The translations under genes and the position numbers were made by a program. Of a stretch of 64,000 nt of DNA, positions 35,762 through 45,755 are shown one piece after another. Numbering within the stretch: the first letter of the stretch is position 1; each line of letters starts with the position of its first letter. Location: assembly GCA_036261915.1 (NCBI GenBank), contig DATAJX010000006.1, forward strand, positions 23,546 to 87,545, written 5' to 3'. Source of the DNA: Alphaproteobacteria bacterium (lineage in GTDB: Bacteria; Pseudomonadota; Alphaproteobacteria; UBA2136; UBA6156). The notes under the pieces are model-generated. The model had not been told where the DNA came from. It made no database searches and was given only the letters and a program-made list of their open reading frames with translations.

Positions 35762-37033
35762 TTATTTCAGGGCCGGGTAAAGCGGATGCTTCTTGCACAA
35801 CTTCAGCACCTCGCCACGCACCCGCTTCTGCGTTGCGGCCAGTTGCTTGTCGCCCTGCTTCACCGCACGCAATACGTCGGCGATCCACACCGCGATCTGC
35901 TTGAAGTCCTTGTCGTTGAAGCCACGGGTGGTGCCCGCCGCGCTACCCAAACGCAGGCCGCTGGTCACAAACGGCTTTTCCGGATCGTTGGGGATCATGT
36001 TCTTGTTGGTGGTCAACCCGGCCTTGTCCAGCTCCACCTCGGCCACCGCGCCGGTCACGCCAAAGCTGCGCAGGTCCACCAAGCACAGGTGGTTGTCGGT
36101 GCCGCCGCTCACCAGCCGCAGGCCCTCCTTGGCCAGCTGGTCGGCCATGGCCTTGCAGTTCTTCTTCACGGCCTTGATGTAGGTTTTAAACCCGGGCTTC
36201 AGCGCCTCGCCAAAGGCCACGGCCTTGGCGGCCACAATGTGTTCCAGCGGGCCACCCTGCAACCCGGGGAAGATTGCGCTGTTGATCTTCTTCGCCTTCT
36301 CGGGGTCGTTTGTCAAAATCATGCCACCACGGGGCCCGCGCAGGGTTTTGTGGGTGGTGGTGGTCACCACGTCGGCGTGGGGGAATGGGTTGGGGTGCTC
36401 GCCCGCCGCCACCAGCCCGGCAATGTGGGCCATATCCACCAAAAACAGTGCTCCCACGTTGTGGGCAATGCGGGCGATGCGCTCAAAGTCGATTTCGCGC
36501 GGGTAGGCACTGGCACCGGCACTGATCAGCTTCGGCCGCACCTGGTTGGCGGTATATTCCAGCGCGTCGTAGTCGATCAGCTCACTGCTGTCCAAGCCGT
36601 AAAAGTGGGGCTTAAACCACTTGCCGCTCATGTTCACCGGGCTGCCGTGGGTCAGGTGCCCGCCCTGGTCCAGCCGCAGGCCCAAAATGGCGTCGCCGGG
36701 CTGAAGAAAGGCCATGAACACCGCCTGGTTGGTCTGGCTGCCGCTGTGGGGCTGCACGTTGGCAAATTCGCAGCCGAACAGCTTTTTGGCGCGGTCGATG
36801 GCCAGTTGCTCCACCACGTCCACCTCGTGGCAGCCGCCATAGTAGCGCTTGCCTGGGTAGCCTTCGGCATACTTGTTGGTCAGCACGCTGCCCTGCGCCT
36901 CCAGCACGGCGGCACTCACGTAGTTCTCGCTGGCGATAAGCTCGATCCCCTCGCGCTGACGCTTCAGTTCTGCCCCAATGCCCTTGGCAACGGCGCTATC
37001 GGTTTTGGCTAAAATGCTGGCCATGATGATCAC
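35762..37033 (-). CDS. glyA: Serine hydroxymethyltransferase
   Basis: IELIASENY and [13 protein letters not shown] (PLP-binding lysine) motifs. Confidence 0.95.
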   Translation of the reverse strand: MIIMASILAKTDSAVAKGIGAELKRQREGIELIASENYVSAAVLEAQGSVLTNKYAEGYPGKRYYGGCHEVDVVEQLAIDRAKKLFGCEFANVQPHSGSQTNQAVFMAFLQPGDAILGLRLDQGGHLTHGSPVNMSGKWFKPHFYGLDSSELIDYDALEYTANQVRPKLISAGASAYPREIDFERIARIAHNVGALFLVDMAHIAGLVAAGEHPNPFPHADVVTTTTHKTLRGPRGGMILTNDPEKAKKINSAIFPGLQGGPLEHIVAAKAVAFGEALKPGFKTYIKAVKKNCKAMADQLAKEGLRLVSGGTDNHLCLVDLRSFGVTGAVAEVELDKAGLTTNKNMIPNDPEKPFVTSGLRLGSAAGTTRGFNDKDFKQIAVWIADVLRAVKQGDKQLAATQKRVRGEVLKLCKKHPLYPALK

Positions 37034-37097
37034 TCCCTATTGCATGCAATATAACAAAAAACCGCCTGCGGCGGCCGGTCGTGCACGCAAAACAAGC

Positions 37098-37661
37098 TTA
37101 AACCAGCGTATCGATCGCCTTGGGGGCTTCGGGCGCCGGCACCGCCGTAACGGTGGAAGTGCGCGAGGTCACCGGCCGAACCACCGCCGTACCCGCCTGC
37201 TCAATGGCCGGGCCCACCACCTTGGCGGCGGTGGCGCTGGCCAGGGCAATGCTCAGGCTGGTGCCCCGGCTTTGCTGGGCAATGGCATTCAGGTTCTGCT
37301 GCACTTGCGCGGCCACGGCGGCCTCGGTCTGGGTGCTTTGGCCCGAAAGGTTAAGCCCATAAGCGCGCAACGCGGTCATCAAGGGCCAGCGGGGGAAGCC
37401 GTTGGTGTCACTGTTCCTGAAATACATGCCTAGGCCTTTCACCTGGCTGAAAAGGTTTTCGCGCACGCTGGCGGTCTGCACACCGGCATCCACCTGCGCC
37501 ACGGCAGCGCTCAGGGTGGTGATTTCTTCAACACTCAAGCCGCCCGATTGGGAAATTTCGCTCAACACTTGCATGGCATCGCTGGCAGGGGCAACTTGTA
37601 ACGCAGCGGCCGGGCTATACAAGCCCGCCTGAACCGCACTCAAGTTCGTTACGTCTACCAT
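37098..37661 (-). CDS. Hypothetical protein (Ala/Ser/Thr/Gln-rich)
   Basis: 187 aa, no recognised domain. An AT-rich promoter region lies upstream. Confidence 0.4.
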   Translation of the reverse strand: MVDVTNLSAVQAGLYSPAAALQVAPASDAMQVLSEISQSGGLSVEEITTLSAAVAQVDAGVQTASVRENLFSQVKGLGMYFRNSDTNGFPRWPLMTALRAYGLNLSGQSTQTEAAVAAQVQQNLNAIAQQSRGTSLSIALASATAAKVVGPAIEQAGTAVVRPVTSRTSTVTAVPAPEAPKAIDTLV

Positions 37662-37882
37662 TCCAGTCTTCCTGACTGTTCTCTCTCTCCGGGTGCTGTT
37701 TAGTTTCCAGCCTTAAGCACCCTGGCCATCCTGGCTCATATTCATCATAGGCTTACCACCTAGGGGTGCAACATAAATTGCACGCAACAGGTATACTAGG
37801 CGCTTTATTCGTAGGCACCTGTATGGCCTAACTGCAACAAGTTTGTATAACAAACTGAATATTAAGAATAAATATACAAAAT

Positions 37883-39199
37883 CTAACGTTTTTCGATCGC
37901 CAGATTCATGCCCGAAAGCCGCGCGGCCACGTCACCATAGCCACGCTCGATGCGGTCAATATGCGTCAACGTGGTACTGCCATTCCCCACCGCCGCGGCA
38001 ATAATATAGGCCAGCCCGGCGCGCAAATCCGGCACTTCCACCGGGGCGTCCAACCCTTTCAGCGGGGTGGCTCCCATGATCAACGCGCTGTGGCCATGGC
38101 CCTTGTGCTCAAAGCGGCAGGGCTTGCCGATGCACTCGGTGCTCACCTGGATTTTCGCCCCCATGCGGTTCAGTACACCGGTGTAGCCAAAGCGGCTCTC
38201 ATACACGGTCTCGTGGATCACGCTCACCCCCTGCGCCTGCGTCAGCAGCACGGCAAAGGGCTGCTGCCAGTCGGTGGCAAAGCCGGGGTACACGTCGGTC
38301 TCCAGCATAATGGGCTTCAGCTCGCCCTCCCGGTAAAAGCGCAGGCTCTGCTCGCCCACTAAATCGAAACCGCCGCCCACCTGCCGGTAATAGGCCAAAA
38401 AGTTGTTCAGGGTGTCGGGCTGGATGCCGTGCACGGTAATGTCGCCACCGGTGGCGCAGGCCAGGCTGGCCCAACTGGCGGCCTCAATGCGGTCGCCCAA
38501 ACAGTGCATGGTGGTGCCATGCAGGTGGGTTACCCCCTGCACGCGTATCTCGCGGCCGGGGGTTACGAATATAATGGCACCCATCGCCCGCAGCATGGCG
38601 ATCAACGCCAAAATCTCGGGCTCGATGGCCGCATTGCGTATAATGGTCGTCCCCGCCGCCAGCACGCTGTACAGCAGGCAGCTTTCGGTGGCGCCCACGC
38701 TGGGGTAGCTCAGGCTGTAATGAATGGCCTTCAACCCACCGGCCTCGGCAAAAAACCCGCCTTCCTCATGCTCAACCCTGGCCCCGAACAAACGCCCGGC
38801 CTCAATATGGAAATCCACCTTGCGCGCGCCAATGGCGTCGCCATCCAGCACCGGCACGCGGGCCTTGCCAAAGCGGTGGAGCAGCACGGGAATGAACAGA
38901 ATGGGAATGCGGTTGCTGCCCGAATCCGGCATCTTCATGTGCCAGTCCTTGATGCTGGTGGGGTCAACCTCCAGCGTGCCGGCTTTTTTGTCCCATGCCA
39001 CCTTGGCACCCAGCCCCTGCACCATCTCCACCAGTATCTGCACTTCACCAATGGGCGGCACGTTGGTCAGCGTCGTCGGGCTGTCGCCCAAACACGCCGC
39101 CACCAACGCCTTGTTGATGAAGTTCTTGGCGCCATAGCAGGTAATCTCGCCCCTTACGGGGCGGCCGCCGGTTACGGTATAGGTGCTTGTCATGGCCAC
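37883..39199 (-). CDS. murA: UDP-N-acetylglucosamine 1-carboxyvinyltransferase
   Basis: GAKNFINKALVAACL..., ...HGIQPDTLNNF... 438 aa. Confidence 0.95.
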   Translation of the reverse strand: MAMTSTYTVTGGRPVRGEITCYGAKNFINKALVAACLGDSPTTLTNVPPIGEVQILVEMVQGLGAKVAWDKKAGTLEVDPTSIKDWHMKMPDSGSNRIPILFIPVLLHRFGKARVPVLDGDAIGARKVDFHIEAGRLFGARVEHEEGGFFAEAGGLKAIHYSLSYPSVGATESCLLYSVLAAGTTIIRNAAIEPEILALIAMLRAMGAIIFVTPGREIRVQGVTHLHGTTMHCLGDRIEAASWASLACATGGDITVHGIQPDTLNNFLAYYRQVGGGFDLVGEQSLRFYREGELKPIMLETDVYPGFATDWQQPFAVLLTQAQGVSVIHETVYESRFGYTGVLNRMGAKIQVSTECIGKPCRFEHKGHGHSALIMGATPLKGLDAPVEVPDLRAGLAYIIAAAVGNGSTTLTHIDRIERGYGDVAARLSGMNLAIEKR

Positions 39200-39254
39200 C
39201 CTTATACCCTCCTGCCCGCCAAATGATAAAGGCCCCGCAGGGCCTTTATTTCAA

Positions 39255-39455
39255 TCAATGTCGCTGTCGCATGATCTCTTCGGTCAAATGCAACTTCTTC
39301 AGCTTCAGTTCCTTCACGCGGGTGGCGTCTACCGCGGGGTGGGCCATCTCGGCGCGCAATTCAGTTTCGATAATCTCGTGTTTGTGCAGCAGGCTTTGCA
39401 CATGCGGGTTGTGCTTCATTTGTTCGGTCAGCGGGTGGTTTCCGTTATACGCCAT
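39255..39455 (-). CDS. DUF465 (YdcH-like) small protein
   Basis: HNPHVQSLLHKHEIIETELRAE...LKLKKLHLTEEI matches the DUF465 pattern. Confidence 0.75.
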   Translation of the reverse strand: MAYNGNHPLTEQMKHNPHVQSLLHKHEIIETELRAEMAHPAVDATRVKELKLKKLHLTEEIMRQRH

Positions 39456-39609
39456 TGCTTATGTGTCCCCTTGTTTTGTTACTCGGTTCTACTGGTCGGC
39501 ACGCAGGGGTATTATTCGCCTCTTTGCGGACGCATTCAACTACGTAAATGCGCAACATATCTATGGCTTACCCGCACCACTTAAAGCTGACACCTTTACA
39601 CAAAAACCG

Positions 39610-41130
39610 CTAAGCGGCCGATACAACGAGGCTTTCCCAGGCCGCCTTCAACACCTTGCGCACCAGCGCCGCGTCTTCCGAATGGTCGAACAGCCCGCTG
39701 TCCACCGGCCCGGTCTGGGCGGCGGCAAAACTGCCCAGCGGCACCAGGTGCACCTGCGGGGGCTTCACGCTGCCTACCCGGAAAACCTTGCGGTAGCTCT
39801 CAAACCGCAGTTCCATTTCGCCGTGCAGGCGGCGGGCCAGGCTCTCCAGCACCGGCTGCGGCACCTCGCCCATCGGGCGGCTGATCTCCAACACCCACAC
39901 CGGCTGACGCTCGGCCACGCGGTGGCCCAACAGGGCATCGCGCACAAACACACCGTGGTTGCCCAGCGCCATATTGATGTTGGCCAGCGCTTCCACCACC
40001 GCGTCTTCGCGTATCCCCTCGCCCAGCCCGTCAAGGCGCATGGCGGGGCCGCGGCAACTCACGTGCATGGGGTCGGTCTGCAATACCTTGATCAACTGGC
40101 CGCTGGCCACGCCCAGCAAACCGCTGGCGGTGGTCAGCACCGGCATGTACTCCTGCCCCGGCTCCACCTGTCCGGCGTGCAGGCGGCGGAAGTTCCGCGT
40201 CAGCTTGCCGTCGCTGGTCACGTCACCGGCGGGGATGAACTCATAAAACGCCTGCCCGTCGCCGATCATCTGCAACCGCTGGCGGATGTTAATGTCGTAC
40301 TGGCACGCCACAAAACCGGTGGGCTGCCACAAATATTGCAGCCACTTTACCCGCTCCAGCCCGGCCAGCAAATAGCCGATCTCGGTCCGTTGCAACGCCA
40401 CCTCGTAGTGGTTGAACAGTATCGCCTGCAGGTTCGGCACCAGCTTGGCCAGCGGGGTGAATTTGCCTTCCTGCTGGCTCACGTAAAGCCCAAAGTCGAT
40501 CAGCGTCTTGGGCGTGGTCACCAGCGCGCTCACCTCGTTCCCCACCTGCCGCAGTTGGTCAAGCATCGCAGCAAACCAGGCAAAGCGGCTGCCCCCGGCG
40601 GCGGCCAGCGTGTCGGCGCGCGGCAATACCCAGCGCCTGCGGAACCAGTTGCGCTGCGCATCCAGCGCGGTGTTCAAGCCCACCATCGGCAGGCCGGGGC
40701 CACGGTGACCGGCCTCGTTATCGCCCAGGTAAAAGAAGGCGCCGTCCAACTGCAACCCCTGCGCCTGCATCAGGCTTTTCATGTGGGCTTCGGCAGCCAG
40801 CAGGTCATCGCCCAGCGGGTTGCCCCACGGCAGCGGCAGGTTTTTCCACGGCACGGTTTTTTCGATCCGCGTCTTGGTGATCAGCCCCGGGCTTTGCAGC
40901 ACCAGCGGGTAAGCCTGCCCCGGCGGCTGCAGTATCTTCGACAACCCGTCAAGCCAGCCCTTGCCGCTTTGTACAGGCACGGCGCGGGTAAAACTCTGGT
41001 ACAGCAAATTGAAGTCGCGATAGCTGTTCAGCTTCTGCAGCCCCATGTGGGCATACAACGAACTGCGGCCATTGGCCTTCACAATGCGGCGCAGCGCGTT
41101 TTCCTGCTGTTCGGCAAAAGTCATTGCCAT
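39610..41130 (-). CDS. GH3 (auxin-responsive promoter) family adenylating enzyme
   Basis: Size (506 aa) and motifs (SSGTT-like region, YYEFIP...) match the bacterial GH3 family. Confidence 0.6.
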   Translation of the reverse strand: MAMTFAEQQENALRRIVKANGRSSLYAHMGLQKLNSYRDFNLLYQSFTRAVPVQSGKGWLDGLSKILQPPGQAYPLVLQSPGLITKTRIEKTVPWKNLPLPWGNPLGDDLLAAEAHMKSLMQAQGLQLDGAFFYLGDNEAGHRGPGLPMVGLNTALDAQRNWFRRRWVLPRADTLAAAGGSRFAWFAAMLDQLRQVGNEVSALVTTPKTLIDFGLYVSQQEGKFTPLAKLVPNLQAILFNHYEVALQRTEIGYLLAGLERVKWLQYLWQPTGFVACQYDINIRQRLQMIGDGQAFYEFIPAGDVTSDGKLTRNFRRLHAGQVEPGQEYMPVLTTASGLLGVASGQLIKVLQTDPMHVSCRGPAMRLDGLGEGIREDAVVEALANINMALGNHGVFVRDALLGHRVAERQPVWVLEISRPMGEVPQPVLESLARRLHGEMELRFESYRKVFRVGSVKPPQVHLVPLGSFAAAQTGPVDSGLFDHSEDAALVRKVLKAAWESLVVSAA

Positions 41131-41159
41131 GCGGGTTTACCCGGTACTAAGGTGGCGAC

Positions 41160-41363
41160 ATGAACCTTCAAGCCGTCTTCCCCCCGCTCATGATCATCAC
41201 CTTCATCGCCGCCATCCTCACGCTGGTGCTCGGCATCTCGGGCATGATGGGCGGGCATTCGGGCGGTAAAGACCGCAGCACGCAACTCATGGCGCTGCGC
41301 GTGGGCCTGTGCGCGGTACTGCTGTTCGAGATCATCATCTATATTACTTTCGTACGCCCTTAA
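41160..41363 (+). CDS. Twin-TM small protein (HIG1-domain family)
   Basis: 67 aa with two TM helices: LMIITFIAAILTLVLGISGMMGGH...LMALRVGLCAVLLFEIIIY. Confidence 0.7.
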   Translation: MNLQAVFPPLMIITFIAAILTLVLGISGMMGGHSGGKDRSTQLMALRVGLCAVLLFEIIIYITFVRP

Positions 41364-43749
41364 CCGGGGCTTTTCCGCCGGCCTTTTTACTGCGCACCAC
41401 CACCGAACGCGGCGCCACCGGCTTTTCAACCGCCGCCGCTTGGCCATTGCCGCCATTGGCCTTGCCGTTGGCGGGCACCACAACCGCCGCCGGCGCAGCG
41501 CTCACCGCAGGCGCAAGGGCGGGGTAATCACCTGCAACCTTGCCTTGGTAGGCCTCGATCAGTTTGGGCAGATCAGGCTGCGGCTTGCCCAAATGCCAAC
41601 CCTGCCCCCAACCCACACCCAGGTCGGTCAGCAGCGTCATAATGTCGGCGTTCTCCACAAACTCGGCAATGGTATCAATGCCCAGGCCCTTGCACAGCTG
41701 CACCATGCTAGCCACAAACAGCTTATCGTCCTCGTCGGTCAAAATGCTCTTGATGTACTCGCCGTCGATCTTCACCACGTCCACGTCCAGCACCTTCAGG
41801 TAGCGGAAACTGGTGAACCCGGTCCCAAAGTCATCCAGCGCAAACCTGAAGCCCATGGCCCGCAGCTCGGTCACAAAAATATGGATGTCGCCGATGTCGC
41901 GCATCTGCGCCGGGTCGTGCAGCGCCATGGTTTCGGTCACTTCAAACATGATGTGCGCGGGGTTCACCGGCAGTTCCTTCATCAGCTCCTTCAGCTTCTT
42001 CATCACCGCAATGTCGCCCAGCGTGCGGCAACTCAGGTTGATGGAAACATCCGCCGCCAAACCCATCTTCTTCAGCTTCAGCTGGGTCTCGAACACGCGG
42101 CGCACCACAGCCAGATCAAGCTGCTGGATAAGCCCGAAGTGCTCGGCGGCATCAATGTACAGCGCCGGGCTGCCCACCTTGCCGTTCTCGTCGTAAATGC
42201 GCAGCAACGCCTCAAACATCGGGCGGGCTTTTTTGTGCACGGGCACAATCGGCTGGTAGTGCATTTCAAAGTCGCCGGTCTCAAGGCACACGCGCAGGCG
42301 GTCCACCCACTTCAGTTGCGCGCGCACGCTACCGATGCTTTCCTCGTTGGCGTCGGCGGCATCCACAAACAGGCGGTTGCGGCCCATGTCCTTGGCCTTG
42401 TACATGGCCAGGTCGGCACTCATGATCAAATGCTCGGCGCCCTTGTCACCCACCGGGTACTGCACCATCCCCACACTCATGGTCACGGTCAGCTTGGCAC
42501 CGTGGTAATCCACGTAAAACGCGTTCACGCGCTCGATCATCTTCTGCACTTTTTCGCCGGCGGCTGGCACGCCAATGTTGTGCATGATCACCGCAAACTC
42601 GTCGCCGCCCAACCGGGCCACCACGTCGGTACTGCGCACGGTTTCGCGTAATATGTTGCTCAGGCCTACCAGTATCTGGTCACCGGCCTCGTGGCCGTGG
42701 GTGTCGTTGATCTCCTTGAAGCGGTCCAGGTCAATAAACACCACCACACCGCTGGTATGGTGCCGTCGGCTCAGCGTCACGGCGCGTTCCAGCTCTTCCT
42801 TAAAGCGGTGGCGGTTCAGCAAACCGGTCAGGTGGTCGGTGGTCGCCAGGCGGAACATGTTGTCGCTGGCCAGCTTGCTGCTGGTCACGTTGCTGGCCAC
42901 GCCGCGGTAACCCACCAGCTGCTGGAACTCGTCAAACACCGGCACGCCGCTCATGCGCAGGCACACCTTGTCGCCGTTGCGGGCACGGGTCCAGAATTCA
43001 AGGTCGCGGTAAGGCTGCTGGCGCTCCACGCGGCTCATAATCAGGTCGCGGATGCTATCGGCCGGGTCGTCGAACAGCGTCATCAGCTGCACGCGGCCGG
43101 TCATTTCATCCGGCTCAAAACCCAGCACGTTGGCCACGCCGGGGCTTACGTAGGTGAAGTTCTGCTGGGTGTCTACTTCCCACAGCCAGTCGGCACTGCT
43201 GCCGGCAAAATCGCGGAAACGCTGCTCGCTGCGAGCCAGCTCATCGGCGGCGCGGCGGCGGGCGGTAATGTCGCGGGCATGCACCACCGCGTGGCGTATC
43301 AACCAGTCGGTGTCGGGCAACCCGTGGGCCACGGCTTCCACATACAGCCAGCTGCCGTCGGGCATGCGGCAGCGCAAAACGGTTTCCTCGGCGGGCTCGC
43401 CGCGTAGGGCACGGTCCAGCAACCGCTGGAAGGCCTCGCGGTCATTCTGGTGGATCACCTCGCCAAGCTGGCGCTCTTTCATTTCCTCGGGGGCATACCC
43501 CAGCAACCGGCTCCAGGCGCGGTTCACATATTCCACGTTGCCTGTGCCGTCGGTCACGGCCATCAGGTCAAAGGCCTGGTCAACCATCAACCGAAAGCGA
43601 CGGCTCACCCCCTCCAAACCCTTGGTGCGCTCGGCCACGGCCTTTTCCACCCAATGACGGCTCAGGCGCCAGCCCTGCGCTATACACAGCGCCACCACCA
43701 TTACGGCAGCGGCGGCAAACCAGAACCACAGGGGCAGCGCACTTATCAT
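41344..43749 (-). CDS. PAS-GGDEF-EAL c-di-GMP signalling protein with a Lys/Ala-rich C-terminal tail
   Basis: N-terminal TM, two PAS domains, RLGGDEFAV (GGDEF), FEALLR (EAL), and a tail ...KKAGGKAPVKGVRK. Confidence 0.9.
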   Translation of the reverse strand: MISALPLWFWFAAAAVMVVALCIAQGWRLSRHWVEKAVAERTKGLEGVSRRFRLMVDQAFDLMAVTDGTGNVEYVNRAWSRLLGYAPEEMKERQLGEVIHQNDREAFQRLLDRALRGEPAEETVLRCRMPDGSWLYVEAVAHGLPDTDWLIRHAVVHARDITARRRAADELARSEQRFRDFAGSSADWLWEVDTQQNFTYVSPGVANVLGFEPDEMTGRVQLMTLFDDPADSIRDLIMSRVERQQPYRDLEFWTRARNGDKVCLRMSGVPVFDEFQQLVGYRGVASNVTSSKLASDNMFRLATTDHLTGLLNRHRFKEELERAVTLSRRHHTSGVVVFIDLDRFKEINDTHGHEAGDQILVGLSNILRETVRSTDVVARLGGDEFAVIMHNIGVPAAGEKVQKMIERVNAFYVDYHGAKLTVTMSVGMVQYPVGDKGAEHLIMSADLAMYKAKDMGRNRLFVDAADANEESIGSVRAQLKWVDRLRVCLETGDFEMHYQPIVPVHKKARPMFEALLRIYDENGKVGSPALYIDAAEHFGLIQQLDLAVVRRVFETQLKLKKMGLAADVSINLSCRTLGDIAVMKKLKELMKELPVNPAHIMFEVTETMALHDPAQMRDIGDIHIFVTELRAMGFRFALDDFGTGFTSFRYLKVLDVDVVKIDGEYIKSILTDEDDKLFVASMVQLCKGLGIDTIAEFVENADIMTLLTDLGVGWGQGWHLGKPQPDLPKLIEAYQGKVAGDYPALAPAVSAAPAAVVVPANGKANGGNGQAAAVEKPVAPRSVVVRSKKAGGKAPVKGVRK

Positions 43750-43765
43750 TTTTGTTGCGCCGAGT

Positions 43766-45037
43766 TTACGTCAGTTTCTGCCACAATCCTAAATCATCTG
43801 CGCGTAATTTAACCTTCAAATGCCATTCCTCTTCCACCAGTTGCTTGTCGGTCACTTCGCCATGGGCATACAGCCAGGCCAGCCGCTTGCCGTCCCCGGC
43901 CGGAACCACCACCTCCAGCGTCTTCCAGCTGCTTTTCAGGCTCTTTTCAACGGCAGCCAAAAGGTCGGGCACGCCTTCGCCTGTTATGGCGCTCACGCCC
44001 ACGCCGTTTTTGGGCACAAAATCGCCCTCGGCCAGCCTGTCCACTTTGTTGTAAACGTTGATCACCCGCTTCACATCGGCGCCAATTTCGGCCAGCACGC
44101 TCTCCACATCGCGCATCTGCGCCATCCACTCGGGGTTGGAAATATCATGCACCTGCAACAACACGTCGGCCAGCACCACCTCTTCCAGCGTGGCCTTGAA
44201 CGCTGCCACCAGTTCGTGCGGCAGGTCGGCAATGAACCCCACGGTATCAATGATCAAAATCTCCAGCCCGCCCGGCAACTCCAGTCGCCGCATCAACGGG
44301 TCCAGCGTGGCGAACAACGCATCGGCCACCAGCGTGCCGGCATGGGCCAACTGGTTGAACAATGTGCTCTTGCCCGCATTGGTATAACCCACCAGCGCCA
44401 CGGTGGGCAGGTGGGCCTTGGCGCGCGCCATACGCTGCAGCCCGCGCGTCTGCTCCACGGCTTTCAGGTCGTTCTTCACGCGGCTGATCCGGTCGCGCAG
44501 CAAGCGCTTGTCGGTTTCAATTTGCCGTTCACCCGGCCCACCCATCTTGCCAAGCCCGCCGCGCTGGCGCTCAAGGTGGGTCCACTGCCGCACAAGGCGC
44601 GTGCTCTGGTAGGTCAGCTGTGCCAGCTCCACCTGCATCTTCCCGGCGGCGGTGCGCGCGCGGCTGGCGAATATCTCCAAAATCAACCCGGTGCGGTCAA
44701 GCACCTTCACCTTCATGGCCTCTTCCAGTTCGCGCTGCTGGCGGGGGCTCAGCGCGGCATCCACCACCACCAGTTCCAGCTGGTTTTCGGCAGCAATCAC
44801 CGCCCACTCTTCCACCTTGCCGCCGCCGATCAGCGTGGCGGCATTGATTTCCCGAAGCTGCACCCCCTCGCTCACCACAACGTCCAGCCCCAAACTTTCG
44901 GCCAGCCCGATGGCCTCGGTCAGCTGCTGCTCGGGCGTGCGGGTGTTGCTGCCACCCAAAATGCCTTCGCCGATACCCCGGCGGCTGGCCCACGCCACCC
45001 CGATCACCCCGGCCCGGATCACCACCTGTTTCTGCAT
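43766..45037 (-). CDS. hflX: GTPase HflX
   Basis: G-domain VALVGYTNAGKSTLFN, and synteny with hfq. Confidence 0.9.
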   Translation of the reverse strand: MQKQVVIRAGVIGVAWASRRGIGEGILGGSNTRTPEQQLTEAIGLAESLGLDVVVSEGVQLREINAATLIGGGKVEEWAVIAAENQLELVVVDAALSPRQQRELEEAMKVKVLDRTGLILEIFASRARTAAGKMQVELAQLTYQSTRLVRQWTHLERQRGGLGKMGGPGERQIETDKRLLRDRISRVKNDLKAVEQTRGLQRMARAKAHLPTVALVGYTNAGKSTLFNQLAHAGTLVADALFATLDPLMRRLELPGGLEILIIDTVGFIADLPHELVAAFKATLEEVVLADVLLQVHDISNPEWMAQMRDVESVLAEIGADVKRVINVYNKVDRLAEGDFVPKNGVGVSAITGEGVPDLLAAVEKSLKSSWKTLEVVVPAGDGKRLAWLYAHGEVTDKQLVEEEWHLKVKLRADDLGLWQKLT

Positions 45038-45100
45038 GCCTCCACTCTACCCCAAAACAAAAAGGGCGCCATGCGCCCTTTGCACAACCACTTTAAAAAA

Positions 45101-45349
45101 TTACTCGCCCATCACGTCAAAAACCTGAAAAGCATCCTGCGGCATGATGGTCGCCACGGCATGGCGCATCACCAGCTGGGTCACGCCGTCACGGGTCAAG
45201 GTCAGGCAGTCCGGGTCGTTCCAGGTGATGCTCCCGCTCAGCTTCACGCCGTTGGTCAAAAACACCGTCACGGGCGAATGACCCTTCACCAGGTGCGCAA
45301 TAAAACTCTCAAACAGCGGCTTACCCGATGTTTTTGCATTAGCGGCCAT
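45101..45349 (-). CDS. hfq: RNA chaperone Hfq
   Basis: Sm motifs VTVFLTNGVKLSGSITWNDPDCLTLTRDGVTQLVMRHAV. Confidence 0.9.
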   Translation of the reverse strand: MAANAKTSGKPLFESFIAHLVKGHSPVTVFLTNGVKLSGSITWNDPDCLTLTRDGVTQLVMRHAVATIMPQDAFQVFDVMGE

Positions 45350-45537
45350 GCGGCAGCTCCTGTTCTTTTTCTTCTTTTTGTCCCAAGCTTTTGCTTGTGG
45401 TTAAAAGCACTATCCCCAAAAAAGCCGTATACCACCAGCACTTAAGCCAGCAGCCCCCACCCCCCGTGGCCACAATGCCATGCCTATGTTAAAGTCTTTT
45501 CCAACTACAACCACCTACCTTTTTTCAGGAGAACTTA

Positions 45538-45714
45538 ATGGCAAACTTCTGTGCAACTCCCAAACTCAGGCCTCGCGCCTTCACGCTCAGCGCCGAAGAA
45601 TCGGCCCGACTCGATAAACACCTCACCAACTGGGCAAATCGCGAGCGCAAGCAAATGGGCCTACCTCCTCTTGAGGTTACGTTCACACCCGGAATACAAA
45701 AAGAATCTAAATAA
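45538..45714 (+). CDS. Small hypothetical ORF (58 aa) between ntrX and hfq
   Basis: MANFCATPKLRPRAFTLSAEESARLDKHLTNWANRERKQMGLPPLEVTFTPGIQKESK. A GGAGA Shine-Dalgarno sequence lies 6 nt upstream and a terminator lies immediately downstream. The ORF is below the track's length cutoff. Confidence 0.3.
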   Translation: MANFCATPKLRPRAFTLSAEESARLDKHLTNWANRERKQMGLPPLEVTFTPGIQKESK

Positions 45715-45743
45715 AAAAGGGCGCCATGGGGCGCCCTTTTTTG
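45713..45743. terminator. Bidirectional rho-independent terminator
   Basis: aaaaaagggcgccatggggcgcccttttttg. Confidence 0.8.
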
Positions 45744-45755
45744 CGGCCCAAAGCC

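Noticed and set aside
35579-37012. 477-aa plus-strand ORF opposite glyA/nrdR
   Set aside because: Antisense to two highly conserved genes. High-GC open-frame artefact.
39187-41163. 658-aa plus-strand ORF across the murA/DUF465/GH3 region
   Set aside because: It spans three independent minus-strand genes and their intergenic regions. Implausible as a gene.
43820-45445. 541-aa plus-strand ORF opposite hflX/hfq
   Set aside because: Antisense to conserved hflX and hfq.
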